A stretch of 64,000 bases of DNA. Origin: Setoptus koraiensis (lineage: Eukaryota; Animalia; Arthropoda). The DNA lies in contig CM106585.1 in NCBI GenBank assembly GCA_048013815.1, forward strand, positions 23,746,001 to 23,810,000. The letters are read 5' to 3'. The translations under genes were made by a program, and so were the position numbers. Below, piece after piece: positions 1 to 12,120 of this stretch; position 1 is the stretch's first letter, and each line of letters begins with the position of its first letter. The notes beneath the pieces are model-generated. The model did not search any database. It was given only the letters and a program-made list of their open reading frames with translations, and was not told the DNA's origin.

Positions 1-168
1 GCAAAACTGCACTAGCAGAGGCATGAATGGAAAAGCATGGGAAAAATTGTTAGAATGCGACGAGTCGCTTGGTAGTAGCTGAAACAAAGGCTGCTGACCA
101 AGAATGGCCGAGCCGCCGACAAAAACAAAGGGCACCTGTTGTTGCGTGCGTCTTCTTCTATTATTTTG

Positions 169-173
169 TGCCG

Positions 174-203
<30 letters not shown>
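169..203. repeat. (GTT)n microsatellite
   Basis: Direct reading of the sequence; it generates the poly-Q/V/C ORFs in the track. Confidence 0.95.
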
Positions 204-204
<1 letters not shown>

Positions 205-3149
205 AGCTGCCGCCGTTGTTCATGTACACAATGTTGTAGCTTGCCGGCTGGAGACACAGCTAAAGAGACACAGCGAGCAACACAACATAAGAGGATGCTG
301 TTGCGCAATCGTGCAAACTGACCCGAGCACGACACAGTCAACGGCGGCCATTGCATCATCATTGCATCATCATTGCAACATCATTGCAGCATCGTTGCAG
401 CATCTTGGCATCGTCTTGGCATCGTCTTGGCATCGTCATCATCCCATAGCTGACCGACTCACTGCTGACTTGGCAATAGGCAGGCTAATCAGGCAATAGG
501 CAGAGGGACAGAGACAGAGCGGATGGGGTCACGACATTCAGTATAATTAAATTCTAAATGTTTGCTGTTGTTTGCACCACTAATCAAGTGCTAAAATGTA
601 CCCACAATGGCCCGTTATAAAACCGTTATTGCAGCAGCATTGTTGGCCCGTTCGATTGGCCGGCAAGTAACTCGGGCAACGCTCAGCGAACACTATTGGT
701 CAGTGCACTTGTTGCCTCATTGAGTCACAGAGTCATGCGGTCATGGAGTCTTGCAATCTCGGAATTTTCGACTCTTCGAGTCATTGGGTCTGCGAGTTGC
801 CCTCGAATGGTCGAATGGTCGAGTCTCCAATTCGTCGAATCGTCGAGTCATCGAGTCTTCCAGCCGGCGAGTCTTAAGGTCGTGGAGTGGGATAGGTACA
901 GTCTGGTCAAGAATAAAACGGTCGGACATTGCAAGATATTGCAAGCACAATATTATGGATATTATAAGTGGAGTGCTGCTTGCTCGCTCGATTACATATA
1001 TCTATCTGTATTATTGTGCTATGCGTGCCATTGTTGTTGTTGTGCGCAAATGGAAATAGATACATTAGAGAGCTTGTTGTAATCAATGCTAATAATATTG
1101 TTTGACCGCCATCTCACACTGCTGAAACTAATGACCACTAAAACTAACTAACACTTGTCTGCACACCTAAGTTCAAAGTCCAAAGTTTAAGTGGTCAAGT
1201 TAGCCGAGAGTCCATTAGGCCAGCACTGGCTCGCTGATAATTGTTATTATTGTGTACATAACAGCACCACCAACAACAACACCACCAACAACAGCAACAC
1301 CACCAACGACAACAACCGGCGAGCTGGCACGCAACATTGTTATTGTTTTGCACGAACAAGTGCACTGGTTGGCAGTGTTGATTTTGTAGCTACTCATAGT
1401 GACTCCAAACGCAACAAATGCAGCGAAAGTCATGCTTTGGCCGTGGGAAAGTGTAACACCTAGACACAATTTGTGCTGAAATAATAATATAATTTGTGTG
1501 GCGATAATAATGTAATTTGTGTTTGCTCGCAAACACCGCAGCTTTCGTGGGTTTGCAGGCTGCACAAGCCGGCCCAATGTAGCGTCATATCGCATATTAC
1601 ATATTTATGGTTGCATAATACTCATACGCATTACATGATATTGGCCGGCTAATGAATCATGATAATTCATTAATTGAGGTATTAAATGAGCTCGCCATGC
1701 ATTGGCTCATGTTGGCTGCCTCGTTGAGCGTTGGTTGGGCGCTGCTGGTCAATGTTGGGCAATGCTGCTCGATGCCAACTACTCTTGGGTGATCTATGTT
1801 TAGATATTTGCATCGTCGTCGCATCATCGCATCTGAATACACATTTTAATCCGTGCGGTAATATTAGCCAGACACTGGAGGGGATTAGGCAAACAGCAAA
1901 TGTTGTTGTTGTTGGCTCAACAACAACATTAATTCAACTAGCTCAACGCAATATGCGGCCAATATGAGTGAAAAATGCACCGACGAAACAAAAGAATTAA
2001 TTGATAAAATCGACAGACCAGGGAGAGCTGCCAATGGTGCGATGGCCGGCGAACGATGAATTGAATTGGCCTAAGTCCGCTTGGATCCCACTCAATCGGT
2101 CTTGGCGCTGATGAATCAGCTGATGATGGAATGGTGAAGGGTTAGTTGCATGAGCATCATGAGCGAGCATCAGTCATTCAGTGGGCCGATCGGTCAGACA
2201 ATACAGTAATACTAAAAATAAACACGACATAGATATACAATGGTCAGTGTTTGTGCATTATGCAGCATCATGATTTACAGTTAACTCGATATAATATCGG
2301 CACAATGAACTTGGAGCGTCGCTCAAGTTTAATAGCATGACTAGCATTTGGTCAAGTTCTTGGCTGTGTTGTCAGTCCGAACGTTGACTGACCAGCGACC
2401 GGCCAGAGAGCGGCCAGCGAGTGAGCAGAGCAACGAAAGCAACAGAGAGGAGATAATCGAGCAACGAGAGGAGGGCAGCCACAACAGGTGCAATAGACGG
2501 TATGTTGCGAGACGAGACTGCTACTTTTGGGTCATTCTAATTAGTTGCTATACATCGCATCTCATGTTCATGCGCATCATGTGTATACTTTAGTTTGATT
2601 TGGCAACGTTGAGTGGTTGCATTTTTCTAGAAATTGCATCATCATGTGTGATGCGGCGCCAAGTGTATGATTATTACAACATGTATTACATGTGTGTGTG
2701 TGTGTGTAATCAGATGACGCCTCGCCAACAATTTGATTCCAACGAGTCGTTTCCAATTGACTCGTTGCAGTCAAACTGGCATGATACTCACATTGGCACA
2801 CTATATCAAATGCAAGCTAATTATCTGGCTAAATGGACATGAAATTCATTGCACTCGCACAATATATAATATATATTGTGTGTAATACACAATATATAAT
2901 ATATAATATATATATTATGTATTATGTATTATATATTGTGTGCTGGCCAGTGCGCTTTGCATAATCGCCTGTGCGCAACAATTGCAAGCGCAATCACACA
3001 ATCATAATCACGCCACTTGCATCCAATCGAGTCAAATCATCGGGCCAAAGATGCCGCTGCCTCGGCCAATGGTGTTGCGTATAATTACCGGTTTCAACTT
3101 TTACCTGTATCCTGATTTCGATACCACTGATACGCTCGCTGTTGTTGCC

Positions 3150-3154
3150 GATGT

Positions 3155-3213
<59 letters not shown>

Positions 3214-3250
3214 TTGTCGTTGTTGTTGTCGCTGTGGCTGTGGCTGTCGA
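3150..3250. repeat. (GCTGTT)n hexamer microsatellite
   Basis: Direct reading; it generates the VAVAVA and NSNSNS ORFs. Confidence 0.95.
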
Positions 3251-5384
3251 TGCTGCACCCATCGTGGGCATCATGTCGACTCGACAGGGACACAGACAGA
3301 GCCAGTTAACTGCAACAGGTGCCTTGATTATGACAGTTCATCACTGTCGACTAGATCAGCTGACAATTGTCAGTTCCTGTGTGTACGTGACACTTGCTGC
3401 TGTGAGATGGTTGCGCAACGATCAGCACACAGCGACACACAAACAAGAGCATCTATTATAAATGAATGAACGCAAAAACAGCGCTTACGTAACAGCCGGC
3501 TAAATGTGGCTCTATGACTCATGAGACAGCGTCGATGCAAGACAAGTGTCGATGATTTGTCATTAAAATAGCCGGCCACTTAACATGTGATAACTGGTAG
3601 AGTGCCCACGAGAGTGAGCATTATCACATGTTAAATGTTAACTGTTACAGTTGCTGTTAATGCTCGCCTATCGGTTATGGAGATGCCCGCGATACCCAGC
3701 GCACCAACGACAGATATATCAAGATATAATTAGAGTTGTTGCTGTTGAGTTGCAAACGGCCTCGGCTTTAGTTGGGCTGCAAATGAGGGTTGCACTTGTT
3801 GCCGCTTGCTGTCATATCTATCTGTCCGATGCATATAATACATATAATGCTTATAATGCACATAACGCATTGGGTCTAATTGCAGCTTGCGCAACTGTCG
3901 ACAAATTCATCTATTATGCAACAGGTTGCATTTTGTTGTTGTTGTTGCTGCTTTCAGCATGCAACTGCCAGCTGGTAGCTTGATGCTGGTAGCTGGTAGC
4001 TGCAAATTGTAACTGTTTTGCCGGATTGACATTAGGCAAAACATTAACAGAAACAACAGAAGCGCGCCACAAGCCCACAAGTGGCAACAAGCGGCACTAA
4101 TGAGACACCTAGATGATTGTGTGACATGAGATAGCGACATGAGGCGGCACATTGAGAAGCGAGTGAGTGAGAGTGAAAAGTAATAATAGACAGATAAAGA
4201 ATCTCTGGCAAAAAGATCCCTGCCAGTGCCTTATCAGTGCACTCTCGTTCCGTAGACAGAAGAAGAAGAAGAGTAGTAATAATAATAATAATAGTAATAG
4301 CGGTGATAATAAGAAGAAGAATAGCGAACAAAAAACAAAAAGAAATTCTTCGCTTCCATTGGCCGCTTGTCGCCGCTTTATCTGGCGGCTTTTCGGACAT
4401 TTAAACAGTTAAATAGTTTCACAATGTTTTAATACATGATAAAAGGCAAAAATAAAAGAGTGTTGCAAAAAGACACAACACACACACAAAAAGGAATAGA
4501 AATACAATTTGCACTTTGGCTAAACGTTAAGCTGCAAATTGTGTGTGTCGTCAGCTAGATCAGATCAATTCTTTCGCTTGATCTCACCTGATCTGATCTT
4601 TGCCGTTGGCGGTAACCATATTAACGGACAGGACGGCATAGCAGAGGAGCGGACTTTGGGATAGGATAAGACAGAGTAGGATAGATAGGCAAAGATAGCA
4701 CAACAACAACAACGACAACAAACACATATTAGGCAATTGTGTCACTTGTCGTTGTTAGCGGTGGCAATATGTGTCCGTTATGTTTGCTACCAACAGCTAC
4801 CAACGGCTACCAACAGCTACCAACAGAGACAGCGACACAAGCAAAAACAAATTGTTTAATCTCTTACACTGTTGGTGGCAAATTTTTTGCAAGCACAATG
4901 CCTACACAATTGTTTTTATTCATATTTTTTATTTTATCCTGTTTATATCTTCATAATCTCGAGCAAGCGAGCATGGCAAGCGTATGAATTGCATGAATAT
5001 ATCATCGACTTACATGACGACATCGACCACAACGACGAGCTAACGGGACACACGGTCATGAGAGAAAAGAATTCGGTGGAAAAGAATTCTCTCGATATTC
5101 CCTCTTCGATCTGTCTAATGCTAAATAATGTTACATGAACTCAACTAATACAATCCAACTCTGTGCCTGTGTCACTGTCGACACTGAGATGGCCAACAGT
5201 CAACAAACTGCAAACAACAACAATTCTCTACTTCTAGCAACACTTTACTACTGACTAGAATGACAATTTTCAAAGAGGAAAGGAAAAAGTGCAAAATGTT
5301 CGCTGTGTGTATCTCGGCTAGATAAGAAGCGGACAAGTGCAAGCCGGCTGAAAAAGAAAGCGTCTCGCTAATGACGCATGACAC

Positions 5385-6720
5385 CTGATGATCTTTTGTC
5401 TATGATTGACCATGCCGTAGGCTTATGCAGATTTGCCACTGTGTGTGATCGATTTAATCCGGTGAACAACAACAACAACAACAAACTAATTGTCTTGCTT
5501 GTCGTCGTCGTCAACGTCGTCGTCTTCGCGACGAATCACACACAAACAACCAAATTGTCAAGATACGACGAGCGTTGTGTCTTGACATAGCACTGACAAT
5601 TGTCGCTACTGGCAGCTTTGCAGCCATGCAGATTGCCAGCAGAGCGGCCGAAAAAGAAAAGCCGTTGTTGGTTGTTGCGCCATTTGCACAATTGTTTGCA
5701 AGTCAGTTATGACAACATGACGACAAAAACTTGGATGCTATATATCTCGATGGCGTAAATGATAACGGCCCATGACTCATGTATTCATTGCACTGATTGT
5801 ATTCATAGATGTGACGCAAATCGCGATCAAGCGGACGATTGTTGGCTGTTGGTTGGATTGCCTTTGATCGGTAGGTTTTCTGTCGATTACCGACGACAAT
5901 CAGTGAATCATCATCCATTCTACCAGTTATAGATTGAATAAAAATAATTTTATTCAACTGCTTGAAAAGTGTCTGACCATAAATATAATATAATATATAT
6001 AGCTAACTAAAATTGACAATTATGTGACAAGCTAAATGATTGTCACTCATTGCATTGGCGAGTATAATATTGATGAGTATAATATTGATGAGTAGGGTGT
6101 TGATAATTACCTGGTGATGGTGCTGATTTTTCGATGGCCATAACAGATTCAATACTATTTGAGGTAAACACTAGAAGCAAGTAGGAGGATAATATCAGTA
6201 GCATGAGCATCATTTTGCAGCTATGCCTATATGGATGATTGCAATCAATCGGCATGGATATGGCGCTATTCTTTTGCCTCTTCTTCTTCTTCGTTTTCTT
6301 TTTTCTATTAATGCTGAGCAAATCTGTAATATTATTCTCACGATATTGTTGTCTAATATTGCATGTCCGTTTATTTGATGATGTTAATTCGTTGGATGAA
6401 TTTCTTGTAATCATATCATCATTATGAATATCATTGTGAATATTATTATTATTATTATTATATTGGCACTTGACTAATGTGATTATTCTTGTAGTTGCTG
6501 CTGTTAGTGCTAAATGGTCTGACAATGACAAATCATTGATTGGCGGCTTGTGTCTTACTGTTGCCACTGTCGATATAGATTTAGCTGTTGGTTTTGTCAG
6601 TTTGTCAAGTTGACATGAATCGCTGCTAACATCGTCGCAACTACTACATCTATCATGATTCGAAGATGCCATGATGATGCAGTAGTTTCTGTTGACAATA
6701 TTCTTCTTTTCTATTATCAT
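5385..6720 (-). CDS. Possible 5' exons of an unidentified secreted or membrane protein gene (exon 6720-6111, candidate exon 5438-5385)
   Basis: The 225-aa ATG ORF ends in a signal-peptide-like stretch (MMLMLLILSSYLLLVFTSNSIESVMA-IEKSAPSP) followed by CAG|GTAATT at 6111/6110. A 54-nt phase-1/phase-1 exon (cacacag|...CAG|gtgtca, weak donor) keeps the frame open (VANLHKPTAWSIIDKRSSG). No family recognised and no further exons found. Confidence 0.3.
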
Positions 6721-7719
6721 TCACTATCTACCAGTTAATTAATTAATTTATTACTATTACTAGTGATTATTATTATTAGTGTTGTTGTTGTTGCTTCTGC
6801 GGACGTTGTGGTTGCTGTTCACGTTGTTGATTGGCTTGATTTATTTATTTAACTTTTGGTGCCATCAACGATGCTCCGACATAATTCAATTATTGTGTGC
6901 TCAACGAACTAATATTATATAGTATATACATTTATTTTATTTAGGGCTCCATTTGGGTGAGAAAAAGCCTAATTAATTTGTATGTATATGTATATTTATA
7001 TGTGTGTTGCTTTTGCAGCTAATTGCAAGATAAATAGATCACCATAAGGCGACCAAATAAATTTAGTCACAATGAATTAGCGAACACACAAACAGAAGGA
7101 ATTGGAAGAAACAAATTGATGTCGCACTGTGATCTACAATGGATGTGCACTCGACAAAGAATATTTCAAAACTGGCAACTCGTCTCAGGTGAGCTTGGCC
7201 AAAACTCACTTTCCTTCTTTCTTGTTTTTCTTCTCTCAAGCCATAGGGTTTGTTCGCAATAGCATACTGAAAGTGAGAGTAAACTACACACACACACACA
7301 ACCTGTTGAGAAACTCATTACTGACAGTTACTGGCAAACAGGTTGAGAGAATAAGCTTAGTGCAAGTGCCAATGCCAACAGTGGACTGCCCAAAAAGTCC
7401 ACCAGCCAAACAACAACCAGTATTAGACCAGCAAGCTAGAGACATCTAGCGAACGGAATCGCCAACCAACTTGGCGGCAGCAAGTCGCTCGAGGCAAACT
7501 TTCTTTCGAAGCCCTTCGATGAAGCCTGCCGAAACTGGCGAGCTAGAAAAACTATTGGAATCGCTGGTTTCGAGCAAAGCGAGACATCTAGCGAACGCAA
7601 TTGAAAGTGAAGCTGAAGAAGATGCTCCAACGAGAGTTCTTTTTTGCTTTTCTTTTTTTTATTACACGATTAGAGATTTGTAATATCTAGAATCTAGATA
7701 GCATAGGGAGCTAAACACA

Positions 7720-10638
7720 TCAGTTGGCATGTCCGAACTTTTCCTCCGGCACGGCTAAAAATTTTTGTATCTCCGAATAGGAATCATCGTCTTGATATTT
7801 TGTCGCTTTCTTCCTGTCGTGTTGACGGTCATTTACGTTGCCAACTTTTGCTCCAGGAGCAAATAAATCGTACATTATGTCTGTGGTCATCTTTCGAATT
7901 GGAACCTCAAATACTACGAACACTATCACGGATATGATGCAAGAGACCGTTATAACATAGACACAAAGACGCAGATATTCCGTTTCGTCCAGGTAGGGCA
8001 ACGACTTGAAGGTGCCCAAAACATAATGTATGACATGGGTGTGCACCAATAATGTTGATAAAGATGCTTTGGCTAACGGAGACCATATATTCATGGAGAA
8101 TAGTCGCTGCAATTTCGGCATATAACCTGTCAATAACAACAGCATGAATAGGGCACAATTTAGGGCAACAGTGGTGTGAAATATACCGTCCATTATGGAC
8201 GCAACCAAACGTTTTACATAATATTGAGAGTCGCTCTTTGCAAACATTATTAATAATCTCGGTGCCAACAATATTAGTGTGAATTGCAGATAGATTAATT
8301 TTGGTGCAAATGTCAAAAATGTCTTAGGCCATTGTTTTATCTTGCCCACTTGATACCAATGTAATAAGTGGCCAGCTAATAAGCCAATAACGTATGAGGT
8401 AACACGATAACGTGGATCGACATAACCAACTGATGAATCAACTGTAAGTGATGTTAGACGTTCAACACTAAACTCCAATGCCGCTGTTATATCAACATCA
8501 ACAGTTAGAAAATAATTAATATGAACACACATTGTGACTAATATAAAGCTTGTTATTATTGTGTAAGCCATCCGTGGTCGCCATTTTAATAACATGATAA
8601 ATATTGGACTAATTAGTGCAAATTGTATATCGCTTGCCACATACCAGCCAGGTAAAATGCAATGAGCATGGGGAAACATAAGATTTGCTTGCGGCAACAA
8701 AACATGAGTCCAACTTTCTTCTTGGCATTGAACACTCATTGAACTGTTCGATGTCCCGTAATCCCAATAAGGTCCAGATCCAGTAAAACGGAAGTAGCTT
8801 TTGGTAAACCAGACCATTATTGCATAAGTAGGTATAATACGCAAATAACGTGCAATAAAGAACACAAGCCAAAGACTCACATCGAATAGTCTCGTCTTTT
8901 TTTGGTCACTGTCAATCTTGAATAAATAATAACTTGTCAATAGGCCAGACATAACAAAAAAGGAATCTACGGCGGCACTGGGTATTGTGTGCAGATGTGC
9001 AAAGACGGTCTTTGCGTTAAGACGTTGCGATTCGACCGGATTTGTCACCGAGCCCAAGAAAAAAATGAATGCGTGCACTGCTATTACGGTCAGTGATAGA
9101 GTTACCTTGCAGCCATTAATGGGCCTTAGATCAATGGTGTTGGCGACAGGCGTATATCCGCTTTTTTTGTCGCTTTCGGTGGTGATCTCTTTCTTGTTGC
9201 GAAACAGTTCCTCTATGTTGATAAACAAACAAAACCATTTGACGATACGAGGTAACTTTCTGGCATGTCGTTTCTTTGTTGATTGATCATCTCCACCTAA
9301 CTTTTGACTTTTTGTGAGATGTTTGTTTACTAAGAACACTGAGTCTCGATGCATAGCTTCAGAGCAATCTGTATCAGACTTAGATATGCGTCTATTTCTG
9401 GCTGAAACTGATGATTGCTCTTGTTTTCTTGCAGCTAGTTTCGATACACACGAATCACCATCATTTGAACAGTAATTTTGTGATATATCGTCACCAACAA
9501 CAGCACTTGGGCTGCTAGTGTTGGCCAGATAGTACAACGAGGATCCGAGTATCACCAGGGACCAGAGAGATACGAATACCAGGAAACAAACTGTTGATTT
9601 CGATTGCATCGGATCAGTAATGGGCGATTCTTTGTCTGGCAGACAATATAACGATGTGAGATAAAATGCTTGATATCTCTCGGGAAAATTCAATTTCATC
9701 AATTTCGTCAATTGATTCTGGTACATGTCCAGCGATGACGAATCACAACTTTCCGGTAGGCACACCGCTGAACGAAATGTCATATGTCTTCTATGATGTA
9801 AACTATCCGGCCAATTGGGATACCTCAGATGAGCGTGGCAGTAGCGCATTGGCACTAGGTTCCAATTAGATTCCTTGTGGTTCATTGACATCAATTGTTC
9901 TGAGTGGATGTCCTTATCATCGACACTCTTAACTCTCGAATTTGCCATTAACTCCTCAATTGTACTTTTTGTGAGCATTGGATCATCGATGATTGTAGAG
10001 TAATTAAACTGACCCATCATGTCCAAAATATCCGACTCTAGAAGGGGCAATCTAGATCTGATGCATTGATCATAAGAACCGTCCCAATAGAAATGCCCAT
10101 GAAATAATCCAGGGGCAGGCGAGCCAAATGAATCAATTATCTTGAGCAATGAATAATGGCTGGAATTATGAAAATCTCTGTTGTGTTTTGCGCTCATGTA
10201 CAACATATAATCTAACATGAGGCCACAGGTTTTTTGATTAACGTGAGGTCCACCAGAGACGATCTTCTCATCCGATTTGTCATAATAATGCAAACCTGCC
10301 CGTTCATCAGCAGGAATTCGCCAATACACATCCAGCGAGCGTCTAAAATATTCCGACGAATTGAACTTGAAATCATACTTCAATTGTTGCTCATTCGTTT
10401 CATTCGCTGATTGTCCCACCGGGCAAATATAATATCGATTTAATTCGTGTTGACTGTTGAATAGTTTCAAGTCACCCAACGTATGCAATTCATAACCGAC
10501 CATTGATATTTTAAAGTCTTTGTGTAGGCACTCATATTCTGGTTCATCGTCACTCATACTCACCGGAGTAGATTCAACTGTTGCCGCTATGATAGTACCT
10601 ATGACACAAAGCAAACAATTAATGTTGATCAAACGCAT
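7720..10638 (-). CDS. NRF-6 (nose resistant to fluoxetine 6)-like O-acyltransferase: NRF domain plus acyltransferase-3 domain, single exon, about 972 aa
   Basis: Signal peptide from the ATG at 10638 (the track's start at 10659 is a GTG). NRF-domain motif IIDSFGSPAPGLFHGHFYWDGSYDQC. AT3 motifs DLRPINGCK..VIAVH, VDSFFVMSGLL, ARYLRIIP and WYVASDIQFALISP, with many transmembrane segments. Confidence 0.9.
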   Translation of the reverse strand: MRLININCLLCVIGTIIAATVESTPVSMSDDEPEYECLHKDFKISMVGYELHTLGDLKLFNSQHELNRYYICPVGQSANETNEQQLKYDFKFNSSEYFRRSLDVYWRIPADERAGLHYYDKSDEKIVSGGPHVNQKTCGLMLDYMLYMSAKHNRDFHNSSHYSLLKIIDSFGSPAPGLFHGHFYWDGSYDQCIRSRLPLLESDILDMMGQFNYSTIIDDPMLTKSTIEELMANSRVKSVDDKDIHSEQLMSMNHKESNWNLVPMRYCHAHLRYPNWPDSLHHRRHMTFRSAVCLPESCDSSSLDMYQNQLTKLMKLNFPERYQAFYLTSLYCLPDKESPITDPMQSKSTVCFLVFVSLWSLVILGSSLYYLANTSSPSAVVGDDISQNYCSNDGDSCVSKLAARKQEQSSVSARNRRISKSDTDCSEAMHRDSVFLVNKHLTKSQKLGGDDQSTKKRHARKLPRIVKWFCLFINIEELFRNKKEITTESDKKSGYTPVANTIDLRPINGCKVTLSLTVIAVHAFIFFLGSVTNPVESQRLNAKTVFAHLHTIPSAAVDSFFVMSGLLTSYYLFKIDSDQKKTRLFDVSLWLVFFIARYLRIIPTYAIMVWFTKSYFRFTGSGPYWDYGTSNSSMSVQCQEESWTHVLLPQANLMFPHAHCILPGWYVASDIQFALISPIFIMLLKWRPRMAYTIITSFILVTMCVHINYFLTVDVDITAALEFSVERLTSLTVDSSVGYVDPRYRVTSYVIGLLAGHLLHWYQVGKIKQWPKTFLTFAPKLIYLQFTLILLAPRLLIMFAKSDSQYYVKRLVASIMDGIFHTTVALNCALFMLLLLTGYMPKLQRLFSMNIWSPLAKASLSTLLVHTHVIHYVLGTFKSLPYLDETEYLRLCVYVITVSCIISVIVFVVFEVPIRKMTTDIMYDLFAPGAKVGNVNDRQHDRKKATKYQDDDSYSEIQKFLAVPEEKFGHAN

Positions 10639-10947
10639 GACTGATAATTTAATGTTCACTAGATTGCTGGGTAATTAAACATGCACTTAACTAAATTTTG
10701 TATAAAGTGTATAAACTGAGCAAAATTTAGTTGGTTTCCTCAGTTGGCTTGTGAACATGGAATGTGGAATCGAAAAATGAAGAGACTGATAGTGACTTTC
10801 GAGTAAATCCAAACAAGCAAGCGAATTTGTCGAAAATATACGGCCGAATCTATGTAATAACTGATATTGTTCAAGAGCGTTTTACCTGTTGCTTGATTGG
10901 CGTAAATCATTCGCGATAAATCAAATGATCTGTCGAGTGATGCCAAC

Positions 10948-11248
10948 ATGATTTGTTTATTCGGTCGCACACCGGTGAGAGTTATCAATAAATACGACAT
11001 TCAATATCAGTGCACTCAATCAATTCGTTGTTTGATTTGCAACAAATTGATCTTGGTGTTTGTAGAAACCTGAGACTGGCCTGCAAAATGAAATAGACGA
11101 AGCGATGCTTTAATTTTTACAGAAAGGAAGTGCATTCGTCAAAAATCTATTTTCATTCATCAAGTCATCAGACTACTACAATCTACGTCATCCAGTTTTT
11201 TGTCACATTGGAAGAAAACTATCGAGAATTGATAACTCCCAGAATTGA
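10948..11248 (+). other. Possible spliced small ORF (50 aa) or exons of a non-coding transcript upstream of Nup155
   Basis: ATG at 10948, donor CCG|GTGAGA at 10974/10975, acceptor taatttttacag| at 11122. The splice is in frame and gives MICLFGRTPKGSAFVKNLFSFIKSSDYYNLRHPVFCHIGRKLSRIDNSQN* (stop 11246-11248). No homology recognised. Confidence 0.2.
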
Positions 11249-11662
11249 CTTGCATCAGTTATTTGAATCGTACGCAAACGTGTCGTCGATTGGGCCCGAT
11301 TAAAGTGCATCCCGTAGAGGCGCACCGTTCGTGTTGATCAATTGCTCAGATAACGTGTAACCATGTTACGAGTATTTCGTAGTGGCGATAGAATAGAGGA
11401 ACTGGAAGATTTTGAGTAAAGAGTTTTGTTAGATTTACTTCATTTGACAGTTTTGGTGACAGATTGAAAAACAAATGAGCGACAATCAAATGCATTACAT
11501 GCATCACATTATTTATTACTCCATGCCATAATGTATCAATATTTCCTGTACCACCTATATGTTCACCAGTATTTTTTGTGCGATGATCTAACCATGAAAT
11601 AGCTAGCCTAAAAATTATGAGCCAAAATGATAAGACTCCCTCTGGTGTCAAATCATCGCAAA

Positions 11663-11939
11663 GTGCCATTGATCAGTTTAAACCTGGCGCTATTTATGTG
11701 CCGGCTCGTGCTTGTGCTGAAACAGTGTGCGCACCGCTCACCCACACAGGGGGATGAAGTAGTTTTTGTGAGTTTTGTGACGGGAGTGCTGTTCCCCATA
11801 CATGGCTATGGTAACGATATCGTGCCATAGCATGAGCTAACACATGAGGACGCACTCCACCAGTGCTTGTAAAACTGCTGTATATTGCGCGGGCCTCTCC
11901 CTCACTACATTATAGTAAAACTATTGTATATCAATGCAC
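11663..11939 (+). ncRNA. Unknown structured RNA element, copy B (paralogue of 19775-20000)
   Basis: Shares ordered blocks with copy A: AGTTYAAA, GGCGC, CGGCTCGTG, GAAA, GTGCGCAC, GCTCACCC, AAGTAG, TGTGA, TTCCCCAT, AGCTAACACA, GCGCGGGCCTCTC. Helices: TGGCGCT(11685-91)/AGTGCTG(11785-91), GGCTCGTG(11703-10)/CGCGGGCC(11888-95), GCTATGG/CCATAGC hairpin (11805-31), and terminal pairing GTGC.ATTGAT.AGTTT / AAACT...ATCAATGCAC. Confidence 0.65.
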
Positions 11940-12120
11940 TTATAAGGTGTAGATAATCTCGGTTAACAATTCACGACATCAGTTGACTAGTTTCACATCT
12001 AATTATTAATTATTATTTCTATCAAACGAAAGATAGCTACTGTATCATCAGCGGCATAAGTTGCATCCTGATACTTTGAATTAGTCGACATTGTAGTGGC
12101 TTCATACTCGTTACACCAAC

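Noticed and set aside
12-4990. Poly-Q/V/C/N ORFs and the TCGAG/TCGAA-rich ORFs at 696-1082
   Set aside because: Explained by simple repeats; they are open in several frames with no family motifs.
7129-7683. Exon-like plus-strand segments with a 17-bp direct repeat (GAGACATCTAGCGAACG at about 7439 and 7581)
   Set aside because: The splice combinations I tried hit stops or gave short peptides with no homology.
10689-10732. 12-bp inverted repeat upstream of the NRF6-like gene with a partial miR-87 match
   Set aside because: AT-rich short stem with a 20-nt loop; the match ends after 12 nt.
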